Assembly (NCBI RefSeq): GCF_009914755.1
Contig: NC_060935.1
DNA: 64,000 nt
DNA from: the human T2T-CHM13v2.0 reference genome, Homo sapiens
Direction: 5' to 3' (one strand)
In this document: piece after piece, positions 1 to 19,790 of the stretch
Position numbering within the stretch: the stretch's first letter is position 1
Layout: the number at the start of each line of letters is the position of its first letter
Position numbers and translations under genes: made by a program
The notes under the pieces: model-generated
Told to the model about the DNA's origin: nothing
What the model saw: only the letters and a program-made list of their open reading frames with translations
The model's database searches: none

Positions 1-1216
1 AAATCAGAACAGTGAGCAAGTATACGATTAGAAATTTACATTAATAAAATGTGATTTTTTTGATACACAAAAGCTTTTAGGTTGTAAATAATCTATGATG
101 GCCTGCCAAATATAAAATGCCATTATAAATCCATGTCTATATTTCAAAAAGACGGGAACACAAAAGCAAGATACATTAAATTAATTGGTGTAGTTTGGAG
201 AGTTCGAATCCATTATTAGATATGGATCCTATCAAATATCCCACCTAATTTCCAGTTACGTCGATGTTTCAATGTTCACTTTTTAAGTTCTCAACTACCC
301 ACATCTTTCACTGAACACCATCTGGAAAGGTTCATACAGAATGCCCATGCCATTCTTGAAAGGATTTGCTTTTGTGGAGGGGTTTTGCAAAGAAAAACAA
401 TTCAAAATTCTGTTACAGCTTATACATTGTCTTTTGTAGGACTATAATAAAAAACCTTCTAAGTAAGTTTTTGAGATAGGTGTTAAATGAATAAGGATGC
501 CTCAGCAAAATGCATAAAAAACACAATGATTTAATTTCTAAAGCACTTATATTATTATGGCATGGTTTTGGAGACAGGTTATTACAGTCCACATAGGTAA
601 GTATGCAGTGCTTCTCATGGAAAAAATGCTTAGGTATTGGCCTTTTCTCTGGAAACCATATTTTTCCTTTTTTAATAATCAACTAAGATGTATATGTAAG
701 AAAGCCTCATCTTTTGATTTTTAATATACAAGATGCTTTCTTTAAGAGAGCAAGATTCAAAATTGTTTCGTGTTTCAAAATTTAAAAATAAATTTATCTC
801 CTAAATTTTCTAAAGACATGTTTCATATATTTGACCATCCCTTATTTTGGCAAAGGATTTTAAGAGTCTAACTCAAACATATGTAACCTCTGGTGTACCT
901 GGTTATATATACCAAAAAAAAAAACATTTGATCTATATACACATAGACATGAATATATTTCTGTGTGTGTTTGTGCATATATAACCTCAAACACTATTAT
1001 TAAATGCAATCCTATATTCTTAGGTATAGAAGTTGATGATATACCTTTCTACTTGCCATGGCATTAACAAAGCAAGGCTGAGACTCAGCAACCACTTGTG
1101 TTCATTGCATTGCAGGCTAGTAGTAAGTTTGGTTGCTGGTAGGAAAAGGGTCTCTTATCTCACCCTCCTTAAACTAAAGGTTCTTTCAGGCTTAATGTAA
1201 GGATGTGCACATTCTC
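1..1216 (-). other. PDGFD: PDGFD 3' UTR, proximal part (probably continues beyond the window edge)
   Basis: AT-rich non-coding sequence directly downstream of the TAA stop at 1217-1219 on the minus strand; I did not spot a convincing minus-strand AATAAA/cleavage site in this stretch. Confidence 0.85.
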
Positions 1217-1342
1217 TTATCGAGGTGGTCTTGAGCTGCAGATACAATCGCATCGTTCATGGTGATCCAACTGGATGTCAACTAGAGCCATGGTCTTAGC
1301 TCTACCCCTCCTCTTGATGTGGCCAGGCTCAAACTGTAATAC
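1217..1342 (-). CDS. PDGFD: PDGFD last coding exon (exon 7), C-terminus of the growth-factor domain
   Basis: Acceptor ...tgtcctag|GTA; translates VLQFEPGHIKRRGRAKTMALVDIQLDHHERCDCICSSRPPR* (126 nt, phase 0), matching the PDGF-D C-terminus with the final CxC cystine-knot motif. Confidence 0.98.
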   Translation of the reverse strand, partial: VLQFEPGHIKRRGRAKTMALVDIQLDHHERCDCICSSRPPR

Positions 1343-1814
1343 CTAGGACAAGAAGCACATCTCCTGTTAGAAAGCCTTTGGAGTTCAACTCAGTCAGATG
1401 CCACTTACTTATTACCTTTTTGACAACTAGTTCTTAGCCCTTTGAGAACCCAACAGAAGCTATGGGCTTGCTATTAGAATGCACACGTTACTATTAGAAT
1501 GTACACATTTTTCAAATAATTGACTCCCTGAAGTGGAGGAATCAATTGATCCCAGAGTAATGCCCAGCATTACTTACCTGAAGTACCCAGATGATTTCAT
1601 GTGTCTTAGCAGGTATTTATAGCTTTCTAAGGGCCTGCTTTGGGCCAAGTGCTGTTCCAAATATTATCGTAAAGATCCTTCTGACCAAGGCATGTGTTAT
1701 AGATGAATACAATACTTGAGCATATTATTAGCATGGAGAGGAAAATGAATACAACCATGAATAAAATATGCTGGTATATCTAAATCTTTGGTTGAAGTAA
1801 AACATGTTGCCCTG

Positions 1815-8635
<6,821 letters not shown>

Positions 8636-11038
8636 AACATGTTGCCCTGATGAAGGTCATTAGTGGCCATAAATAAGTAAAATGTGTTTTATGTTTTTAT
8701 ATATTTGTTAACATATAATATCCTTTACCATTTAAAACAAATCAGGTTCCACTAAAATCTTTGTATATTAATACCTGTGTATCAATACAGCATTTCTTAA
8801 ATCAATAAGTATATCATTAATTTTTAAATTCATAAGTTTAAACATAATTTCTTAAATTAGTAGTTAAATAGAAGCCAACCCTTCTTCCCTGCAGTGGCCT
8901 TCATTTAGTGAAATATTAGCTATTACATAGACATATACTTGGTAAAATTCCATTCTTGTTTTCTAATATACATAGTCAGATTAATATATTATTTACTTTA
9001 TGTTCTTAGATCCCGGTTAGCCTTTATTTTTGATTTTGTCCCATTTTCCTTTTAGATTCTAAACTTGGTCATGGCACCATTAAACAATTCTATAGCATTT
9101 TACAGTTTTTGAATAATTTGCACAGGCACTATTTTTTTTTTTCTTTTTACCCTCAGACAAATCTTTCACATGGTGGAAAAGGTATCATTATGCCCACTTT
9201 ATACTGAGATTCTAAAGGAGGATAAGTACCTTGTCCAGGGTCTTCCCCTGACTTGGACCTGGGACCAGGACCTGGGATCAGGACATTTAAGCTCCTAGCA
9301 TATTCTGACTTGAGGCCTCTCTAACATGCCTTCAATTTCCTTTTATGTCTCAAGGGTGTGTCTGGCTCCCCATGTGAACCGGCAGGGAGACCTGTGATGC
9401 TTTGCTTGAACTTTTGTCCTAGGTGAAAGTTAGATGCCTGGAGTCCCCTGCACTCATGCATCACGGTCTGCACATTCCTTTCATTTAGAATTTTGCCATG
9501 CTGTTCCATAGACGGTCCAGTGAGGCAGGGAATAAATCACTGCATTTGTTTAATGTTCAATCAAGTTAGGGCACTCTGCTGATGCAGAATGGAAGATGGA
9601 GATCTGTTTGTAGAAAAACTTCAAAAGACTTGTCAGTACAAAGTTGGCAGGGGGTGGAGGAAGGAATACCCTAAGAAAGTTCTTTAGGGAGACAAAGTGT
9701 CAGAAATTTTGATATTGGTAAAGCTAGTCCAAAGGCCAGTTTTGATAGTTGATTCTATTATCATCTCCTGCAATTCTATTGCACTTACAATAGGTACCTT
9801 GGAAGGGGTTGGGGTTTGGACTCCCATAGCTTTGCCAAGAATTTCTCCAAGATGAATTAATTGCTATTTTCCAAGACTATCTGGCCTGTAAAAGAGATTT
9901 GAGAACTAGGGGATGCAGGAGAGGGAAATTATTTCTAAGAAGCTGAGCATATGATAAATATTCCTTGTTTAAAGAAGACTGTTATCAAGGCCTAATAATT
10001 TGTGATGACTGGCACCTGTAAAATCAGAGCTTTGTCGATTTGCTTTCTCATTTGACGGCAAACAAAAGTGTGTGCTTTGGGATAAGAGCAAGAGCCTGGG
10101 CAGTTTTTCTAACTGGTCTTCTGATTGTTCAGGGATTTTCTCTGTGTTTTATATTAAGCAACGTGAGCACGGTATATATGTGTTTTGCTGATAAGAAGAG
10201 AAAAATGAATTGGCAGACACCTTTTCCCAGACAAGACAGGAGAGCACTATTTGAACAAAGTGGAAATTTGACTGCCTTACTGGATGATCACAGCACTGAT
10301 GTTCAAAGCTTTCAGATCATGTAATAGTCTTAGGTTCAGGTACACAGCATTGAAAGAAGGAAGAAAGCAAGGCTGATTTGAGGGCATGTAGAAAAATGAA
10401 AAGCCTTTATCTGAGAAAGCAAACTGGCGGTTATAGGTTATCTGGTCACCTTTAAAGGGAAGGAACACTGAATTAATTATAGGAGCTGAAGGGCACTTGT
10501 TAATAGGTACCCTCACACAACACTTTCTTATTTTCTGAGCTATGATTCACAGCTGGAAGCACACAACCAGAAATAACAAATCCACTGGCGGGCAACCAGC
10601 GTTTCTTAACACCTATGGGTGCAAATGGGGATCTTGACTCCTCTCCACTCTGGAAAACCACACAAAGCCAGGGAAACTTGACGTCTACTAAATGGAGTGT
10701 GACTGAGCCAATTGGTGGGTTTCATACCACCATACAAAATCAAAGATGCTCAGTTTTGCAAATTACCTCATCACAAAAGATATTTAACTACAGTTACTCA
10801 CCTTGTTGCCAATAAACGTCTGAATAAATCTTCACCATAAAGCTATTTACACTAATAAAACAATACCAGGCAGAAAAGCTATCTGCTGAGTCTGGTTCTT
10901 GTTTATTGAGAATATAAAAAAAGGCTGTTAAGGCCTTGTAACAGTTCTCAAATTAATGGCTGACTTAGGAACACAAGTACGTATTTCAGGACAAATGCAT
11001 TATATAAACCCAAATCATTAAGAGTTTAAGATTCTTCC

Positions 11039-11358
<320 letters not shown>

Positions 11359-13033
11359 TAAACCAGGCTGTTTTCAGCACACACAGTTTCTCAAGGAAAA
11401 AAAAAAAAGCTTCTCTTTTGATCTCTTTCATGCTTATAGCCTTTATAAAAAATGTACACAGAGTCAATATTTTTAAGGGATGCTAGTGAATTATTCTGAA
11501 ACCTAAGTGACTACAAGCAAAAATATCTTGAGAAGGGATAACATATTATTTCCTCCCTGAGTAATTACTCAACCTGCAGGCAATAATCACAGCAGTGGCT
11601 GGCATTGTAACAGAAGGACTGATATCAAGTCCCAAGACATAGTACTCAGTTAAAAAGACATAAATGGCAAACAGCTCAACAGTGTTATATTAAGAAGTTA
11701 AGCTTGAAGGTGACAAAAAGCTGGGTTATAGTGGGAGTTTATAACATGCTCATGAATTTTGAAAATGCAATCATGATATCTGTGCATATTTACTTCAAAT
11801 AGATGCGTTCTGTGAGACTCTAGGGTTACTATGAGGTGTACTCAGTTGCAGTTTTAACTTTACAGAACTAAATAGTTAAATGATTTTGACAGCACCTTAG
11901 AGGATTATTGACTACATGTTCAGCCTACCAATTGCAGAAAACATAATGGAAAGCCTGGGTGGGCACTACATTTCAGAGCATGGCATTAGCATTGGGTATC
12001 ACTCATGACACAGATGGGCCTTGTCTGCTTGGGGAGTACCTTGCCCCATGTGGCAAGTTTGCCGCTTTGGCAGGAAGGCCTGATGTGAAGCTAGATTGAG
12101 AAGGGAGAAGGTGTGCAGTTTGTAATACTTAAACAAGGAGTTCACTAACTTGTAAGTGAGTCATCAGGGAAGAAATGTAATCAGAACTGAGAAAGCCAGA
12201 CCAGGCTCTCATCTAATTCCACCCACATCTGTCTTGTACTTTATAGTCTTCAGATGCCTTCATTCACCCAGTATCTCCAGGTGGTAAGAAGCACATGTGT
12301 TATCATTGCCATTGTCAAGATGAGTGAATTAACTTTTTTATAAGCAGTCTATAAACATTTACTGTTCTGGATCATATCTTTATTCTTTTTGCATTTACCT
12401 AGCATTTCAACCACCAATTTGTTTTTATTCCTTACACAATTTCAATAAGATTTTGGGGGCAGGATAAAGTGTAACAACAGATAATGAATATGATGTAATT
12501 TCAGGTTTGCCTGGGAACTCAAAATTGTAGGTTATTATGGGGATTAAGTGAGGAAACCTGAGGCCCTGGGAAGTTTTAAGTGGCTGGTCCTCAGTTGCCC
12601 CTCCATGTGGCAAAGCTGGAACCAGAACCCACATCTTTTCTAGTCCTGCAAGTTTTCTGCTCTATTGCCCTCTCTTGGTAGGAAAACATCACAGACCATG
12701 AGGCTTCACTTAAAGGTGGAGAAAGGACAAGAGGCAGAGAGACTCCACAAGTTCTAGCTATGAGGTTTCCAAAAAAATAACAGAAAAGAGATTTTCTTGA
12801 CTTTTATTATGGTTAGGTATAATCATGACCCAAAAACTCCCTCCCTATTGCTACAGAAGGAAAACTCCTTGCGCGAAATTTATTTTCTGTTTCTTTGGTC
12901 TCAATTTGAAAATTTAGGTACTTTTTTTTCAATAACAGACGTTTCAAACATGTAAAAACAAAGTACTATTCTTTTACCTCAAATCTGAAGGTCAACAGTG
13001 TATTACTCTAACCTCATATTTCATGTATAAATA

Positions 13034-13188
13034 CAGATGCTCGTTGACTTATGATGGGGCTATATCCTGATAAACCCATTGGAGGTTAAAAATATTTTAA
13101 GTTGAAAATGCATTAATACCCCCCCATAAACCCACTGAAAAGTAAAAAAAAAAAAAATCTAAATCTAACCATCATTGAGGATAATCTG
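13034..13188. mobile_element. Short Tigger-derived MITE (MER47/Tigger5-like)
   Basis: TA-CAGATGCTC...ACTTATGATGGGG start and ...ATCTG-TA end; Tigger-type terminal repeats flanked by TA. Confidence 0.65.
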
Positions 13189-13355
13189 TACCAATTTATT
13201 AATACATCTCCTAACTCTTAAACTGTGATAAAATGCAAATGTTTAATACAAAATTCTACCTTAGAACAAGAAGAAGTCATTTTTTTTTCATTTTGTCTAG
13301 ATGTCTAAGTGATTCTAGATGCTATAAATGTGCCAGAATCAGAGATAGGTCTAGG

Positions 13356-13889
<534 letters not shown>

Positions 13890-14206
13890 AGGTGGTTAGG
13901 TCAAGCATCCTGAGAAAATTATGAGAGGAAGAACAGAGGAAATTAACATCTATCTTTATCTCTTTGATGCTTCCTATGTTTTTGGCTGTTGACTAAATGG
14001 ATACAGCCAGGGCACCAAATCATGAAAAACAGTTGAGTAATAATTTAATAGGTCACTATACTTTTAGGAAATATCCTCTTCCTTCATTATACACTATCAA
14101 GAGAAGAGAACTGAAATAATAGTTTCTTCTAATTGTCTACACAATACGTTTTTCTGGAATCCTCCCTTTAACGAAAATCACTACCCAAATTATCTTTTAT
14201 ATTCTA

Positions 14207-15071
14207 TGATGGGGTTCAGGACACTGTACTCCCAAATGTTTTAAGCTGAAGGAATTTGAGAAAACAAGAAAAGCAGAAAGATCACTCTGACCTTCCCCTC
14301 ACCCTCCATCCTGAAGGAAGTCATAAAACCTAGGATTTTCTGACCTTCCCATGTAGCAAGTCATAAGACCCTCATGCGAGAGGTGCCCCTGTTATACCCA
14401 GAAGAAAGAAGAATTCCCCCCCCGCCTTTTTGTTTGAGATGTGGTCTTACTCTGTCACCCAGGCTAGAGTGCAGTTGCATGATCATGTTCTGCTGCAACC
14501 TTGAACTCCTGGGCTCAAGCAATTCTCCTGCCTCAGCCTCCCAAGTAGCTCAGACCACAGACACATCCTCCACACTTGGCTACTTAAAAATAATTCCTTT
14601 TTTTTATTATTTATTTATTTTTTTTTTAGAGATGGGGGGGTCTCGCTATGTTGACCCGGTTGATCTTGAACTCATAGCCTCAAGGGATCATCCCACCTTG
14701 GCCTCTCAAAGTGCTGAGATTACAGGCATGAGCCACTGCTCCTGGCCTAAGAATCCTTATCTCCAAAGACAAAGGTAGAACAAATAAGAATCTGAACAAA
14801 CAGGCCTTGCTAATTTTCCCCAGTTTATTACCATTAGATCATACTCTGCCCTATCATATTTCTCCACAACTATCCACACTTTATCAAACTTACTGTAAAA
14901 AATTATCAGGTTGAACCACTTTTTTGGGTCTTCCTTACCAAGGCCTCTGTGTCACGTAAAACATATTCAATAAATGAGTACACTTTTCCTTTGTTATTCT
15001 GTCTTTTGTTATAGTGGCCTCAGCCATGAACCTAGGAAGGGTGGAAGAAAAGGTATTTTTCCTACTCTATA
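14207..15071 (+). mobile_element. MER31-like ERV1 solo LTR interrupted by an AluJ
   Basis: Starts TGATGGGGTTCAGGACA..TTTTAAGCTGAAGGAATTTGAGAAA; LTR-type 3' part with AATAAA and GGCCTCAGCCATGAACCT. Confidence 0.7.
14427..14747 (-). mobile_element. AluJ
   Basis: Diverged reverse Alu with J-type CTCCTGGGCTCAAGC; AAGAAT(T)CC on both flanks. Confidence 0.85.
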
Positions 15072-16679
15072 TCTAGTATATTCCAAGAAGCATAGAATGA
15101 TTGTTTAGAAAGAGGGAAAATACTTCAACAGGGTACCTACAAACTTTTGAGAGCAAGAAATAATAAAGACAGTCACATTTTACTGCACAGTGAAAACCGC
15201 TCAAAACCCTACAGGACAACTAATATGACCTGTGAAAAAAGCAATATTAGCTTCGTTAGAAGCTTTCCAGTTTCCCAGATTTAAATTCCTTAAGGTTGAG
15301 CACTGAAATATTTGTGGAGAATCACACAAGCCTGTTATGTGACAAGGTCTCATTACCCCCTTAAGGGTGCTCATCTTTCACAGAAACTCATTTCACATCT
15401 CATCAGTTGCAACCATGAGCTGGGGAAACTGGTTTCTCATTTCTCAGAGGTAAGAATACAGACACAGAATTCAGAATAAAGGACTAGAATTTTTCCCTAA
15501 TGAGACTAGGCTCAAGCAACCCCCACTTCTGGAAATGGAATAAGCCTTTTGCTGTTTCCCACAGGGCACTTGACAGTGATAATTGTGACACATCTCAAAG
15601 GTATTTCAGGAGTCTCAGGGGCATATGACAGGAGTGTTTGTTCCAGGTAAGCAGTTACTGGCTGGTGATGGATGTTTATTTTTCCTTTCATCCAGCACTT
15701 GACAGAGTGATTTTATAGAGCTTTGCAGAGTTCTAGAAGTAAAAATATTAGGACACATGTCTTAAAGAGATGCTTTAGATACAGTTTCAAAGGATGCCAA
15801 TGTTTCAAATCCACTCATGCGACTGAACAAAGAGATCAAGAGTTTTCCCCTCTACACATTAACTGAGAACAGAAATTTGCAAGTAATGGTTATTGTGTAG
15901 AGAGATAAGAAAGGAACTAAGAGGAGGAGGGTAGCCAGGCCTTCAGTGTTCTTCAAAACTAACTGGCTGGGAGGCAAGGGTCTTTGGGGGTCTATGGTTC
16001 ACTCTGCTCTTCCCACAATAAGTAATTTTTTAAATCAAGCTAAAAATTCTATCTGAGCATAGAGTCAAGATAAAAATAAAGCACTCCACAAATACATCAA
16101 AGTCCTGACCTTGAATGTTCTTCCTCACAGTTACTACTAGGTAGAGACCTTGTCACTTCCTAGATTATTTTAACTATAACCTGATTACTGCATTCTGCAT
16201 TTATCCTTGGGGTATGATTAAAGGTTATAAAATTCAGGTTCTTAGAAGTGAAGGACAACATCCAATCTAGAGTTCATCAGTTCATACAAAAATAAAACAC
16301 AATGAACATAGATGATAGCATTCTCTAGATATGAGAACATTTTTTTTCCTTTGAAAACAGTGGGGTGGATCAAGCAATTCTTATGACTAAGAAAATATGT
16401 TCCATGTAGGGCTAAAATAGTGTTTCCCTGTCTGAAGTAAGTATGGTCATGGTGGAACAATTTCCTACATTTTCCAAGTTGAAAATATCAATTATTACAT
16501 ACTCATTTTTGCTTAATCCAGAAGTTACCTCCTAACTTACTACGATTTTTGTGTTGTTTTCAGAATAGAAATCAAAACCAAAACACCACCACCACCACAA
16601 AAGCCTCCAAAAAACAGTTTTACAAAGCTGGAGATTTTGTTTAGAGAGAACTACCTATTCCTTTGTTGTGGTGGACACT

Positions 16680-17201
16680 TTTTAAAAATTATTATTATAC
16701 TTTAAGTTGTGGGATACTTGTGCAGAACGTGCAGGTTTGTTACGTAGGTATACACGTGCCATGGTGGTTTGCTGCACCCTTTAACCCATCACCTACATTA
16801 GGTATTTCTCCTAATGCTATCCCTCCCCCAACCCCCAACCCACCGACAGCCCCCAGTGTGTGATGTTCCCTTCCCTGTGTCCCTGTGTTCAACTCTCACT
16901 TATGAGTGAGAACATGTGGTGGTTGGTTTTCTGTTCCTGTGTTAGTTTGCTGAGAATGATGGTTTCTAGCTTCATCCGTGTCTCTGCAAAGGACGTGAAC
17001 TCATCCTTTTTTAAGGCTGCAAAGTATTCCATGGTGTATATGTGCCACATTTTCTTTATCCAGTCTATCACTGATGGGCATTTGGGTTGGTTCCAAGTCT
17101 TTGCTATTGTGAATAGTGCTGCAATAAACATATGTGTGCATGTGTCTTTATAGCAGAATGATCTATAATCATTTCGGTATATACCCAGTAATGGGATTGC
17201 T
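16680..17201 (-). mobile_element. 5'-truncated L1PA (PA7-like) 3' end
   Basis: Reverse L1 3' UTR and ORF2 C-terminus (..[24 protein letters not shown]..); TSD GTGGACACT (16671-16679, 17202-17210). Confidence 0.92.
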
Positions 17202-17461
17202 GTGGACACTGATGGAGAGCAACTCAAACAGTAATTCCTAACAATGATGTTTGCTTCATATTTTAGTTTATATTTTAAAACATATTTCTGCATGATGTTT
17301 AACATCTTGCAAAATATATTTCATATGCATTATTTTATTTGACCCTCAGAGCAACTCTGGAAGGGGTTATCTGATATATTAATTTTTCAGTCCTATTTAA
17401 ATATGTGAAAACTGAGTCAAAACTTTAGTGACTTGCATGTGTTTCCACAATAATAAAGTAA

Positions 17462-17895
<434 letters not shown>

Positions 17896-18778
17896 TATCT
17901 TTTATGCTCAATAAAGTGCTATATATTACTAGTGATAAGAAAAACCATAGACCCTGGAACCAGTGGATTGGAGTTGGAGTCCTGGCTCTGTGATTTACTG
18001 ACCAGGCCATGCTGGCCAACTTACTGATCCTCTTAGGGCTCAGTTTACTCACCTATAAAAAAAGAATAAAAATAGTGACATTTTTACAATATTGTTGACG
18101 GGGTGCTAAATGAGCTAATGATTACTTACAATAGTTTTTGTCAAGCAATAAATGCCATTGTTACTATTATTAAGGTTATTGTGCTCTTTAAGTTTTTGTT
18201 CCTCCTATATTCTTTTACTTTTGTCTATTTTTGCATAATCCAAGAGCTGATTCCCTGAGTAGCACTTAATAATAGTTAAAATAAACTGAGCATTTCCGGT
18301 TGAAACATACTTCATATTTAGAAAATAAAAAGATCTTTGACAATTTATATTTTGCTATCTTTATTGTGCCAAATTTATTAAATGATATAATTGAATTAAG
18401 GTTTTGCTTATGAGATTGTGCCGTCATATCCTGTAAATGAATAACATCATATTTCTCTTTTTTTCTGTCTTTCTGCAAGTAGGTCAAGCTCTGAAATTAC
18501 TATATCACATATTTGATTATATATTCTAACAATGTTGATGTTGATCCACATGGTGTATTGTTCAAATTAGAAAAAACAGTGCCTTCGTCAGGATAGGATT
18601 AACCTGTCATCAGGACACTTGGCTTGGCAAACCTAGTGTGGGTAGAATTTCTGCTCCTAATCAAACCCTGGCTGGGTGCCCTTGTGCAGTGAACAACCTG
18701 AACAACTGTATGCAATGGCCCTGTCTTCCTGAATCCTATAGATTAAGCATTGCAACAAGAAATCTAAGAATGACATAC

Positions 18779-18993
18779 CTCATGATACTTTTTCACGGTT
18801 TTCCCTGAATTGCATGTGCAGGACCTCCAGTTGACAGTTCCACAGCCACAATTTCCTCCACAGCGCTGCACGAGGAGGCAACGTGGAAAGAAGACCACAT
18901 TGGCCAACTTCAGCTCTTCTCTTATATTGACCGAGTAATTCCTGGGAGTGCAACTGTAACGCTTGGCATCATCATTGAGCCTATCCAGGTCAA
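18779..18993 (-). CDS. PDGFD: PDGFD exon 6, core PDGF/VEGF cystine-knot domain
   Basis: Acceptor tttgcttacag|TT, donor GAG|gtatgt; 215 nt; (V)DLDRLNDDAKRYSCTPRNYSVNIREELKLANVVFFPRCLLVQRCGGNCGCGTVNWRSCTCNSGKTVKKYHE, with the NYS sequon and the PDGF-D-type CGGNCGC motif. Confidence 0.99.
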
Positions 18994-19597
18994 CTGTAAG
19001 CAAATACATGCACTGTGTAAGCAAACACAACAGTAAGCACAATTGCTCAGCATGTGTTTTGGGGAATAGAGTGGGAAGATTCTGTGAGGACAACTTTAAT
19101 CCTGGGATTAAATCCATCCTCAGGCTCTCAATTACTGGGAACCTAAAGTAAAAGACCTAATTTCTCTCTTGATCCCATCTACCCTTTGAAAATAACAACA
19201 AAAACAAAACAAAACAAAAACCTTGGCTAAAATTCATGTCTTGGTTCAAATTTCCTTGCATCTTTTTTATGCAAAAAAAGTTCAGAGGAAAGAAAATGAA
19301 ACATTTGGCAAATTAAAATAATTGCCTTTATCTTCAAAAAGACAAAATAAACTGCTTCTTCATTCTAAATAAATCCTGACTCTAAGCCATCACTTAAATA
19401 TAATTTAAATTATATCTAGGACACATTAGAGACAACCACTGTATTATATTTACCTGGCAGTGAAATTTCACACATAAATGTAATAAAGAAAAGGGTTTTA
19501 GTTTTATTTTTAACTTCAAAGTTAATCAACATGTTAGAGAAAATGATTTTTTTGTGTGTGAATATGGTGCATATTTGTGCACTGGGTCCTAGATGGC

Positions 19598-19790
19598 AGT
19601 ATAGCATAGTGGTTAAGTGCTTTGGAGCCGCAGTAAAGTTACAACTGCCTTCAATCACATCATGGCTATGTTTCCTTTTAGTTGGAAAGTTATTTAATGG
19701 CTCTGAACTTCTGCTTCCTCATCTATAACATGTAATCATTTGAAGAATTGAATGTAACGTGCCTGGCACTCAATGCCAGCTATTCTTACT
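19598..19790 (+). mobile_element. MIR remnant
   Basis: AGTATAGCATAGTGGTTAAG ... CTTCCTCATCTATAA ... GTGCCTGGCAC motifs. Confidence 0.6.

Noticed and set aside
1471-1510. 20-bp tandem duplication CTATTAGAATG(C/T)ACAC upstream of exon 7
   Set aside because: Ordinary diverged local duplication outside the core splice signals.
18994-19117. Hydrophobic N-terminal extension of the exon 6 ORF (LCLLLCLL) as a signal peptide for a standalone growth-factor domain
   Set aside because: It is intronic sequence upstream of a canonical acceptor, the track's start is not an ATG, the Leu/Cys pattern comes from the TGCTTAC repeats, and there is no promoter evidence.
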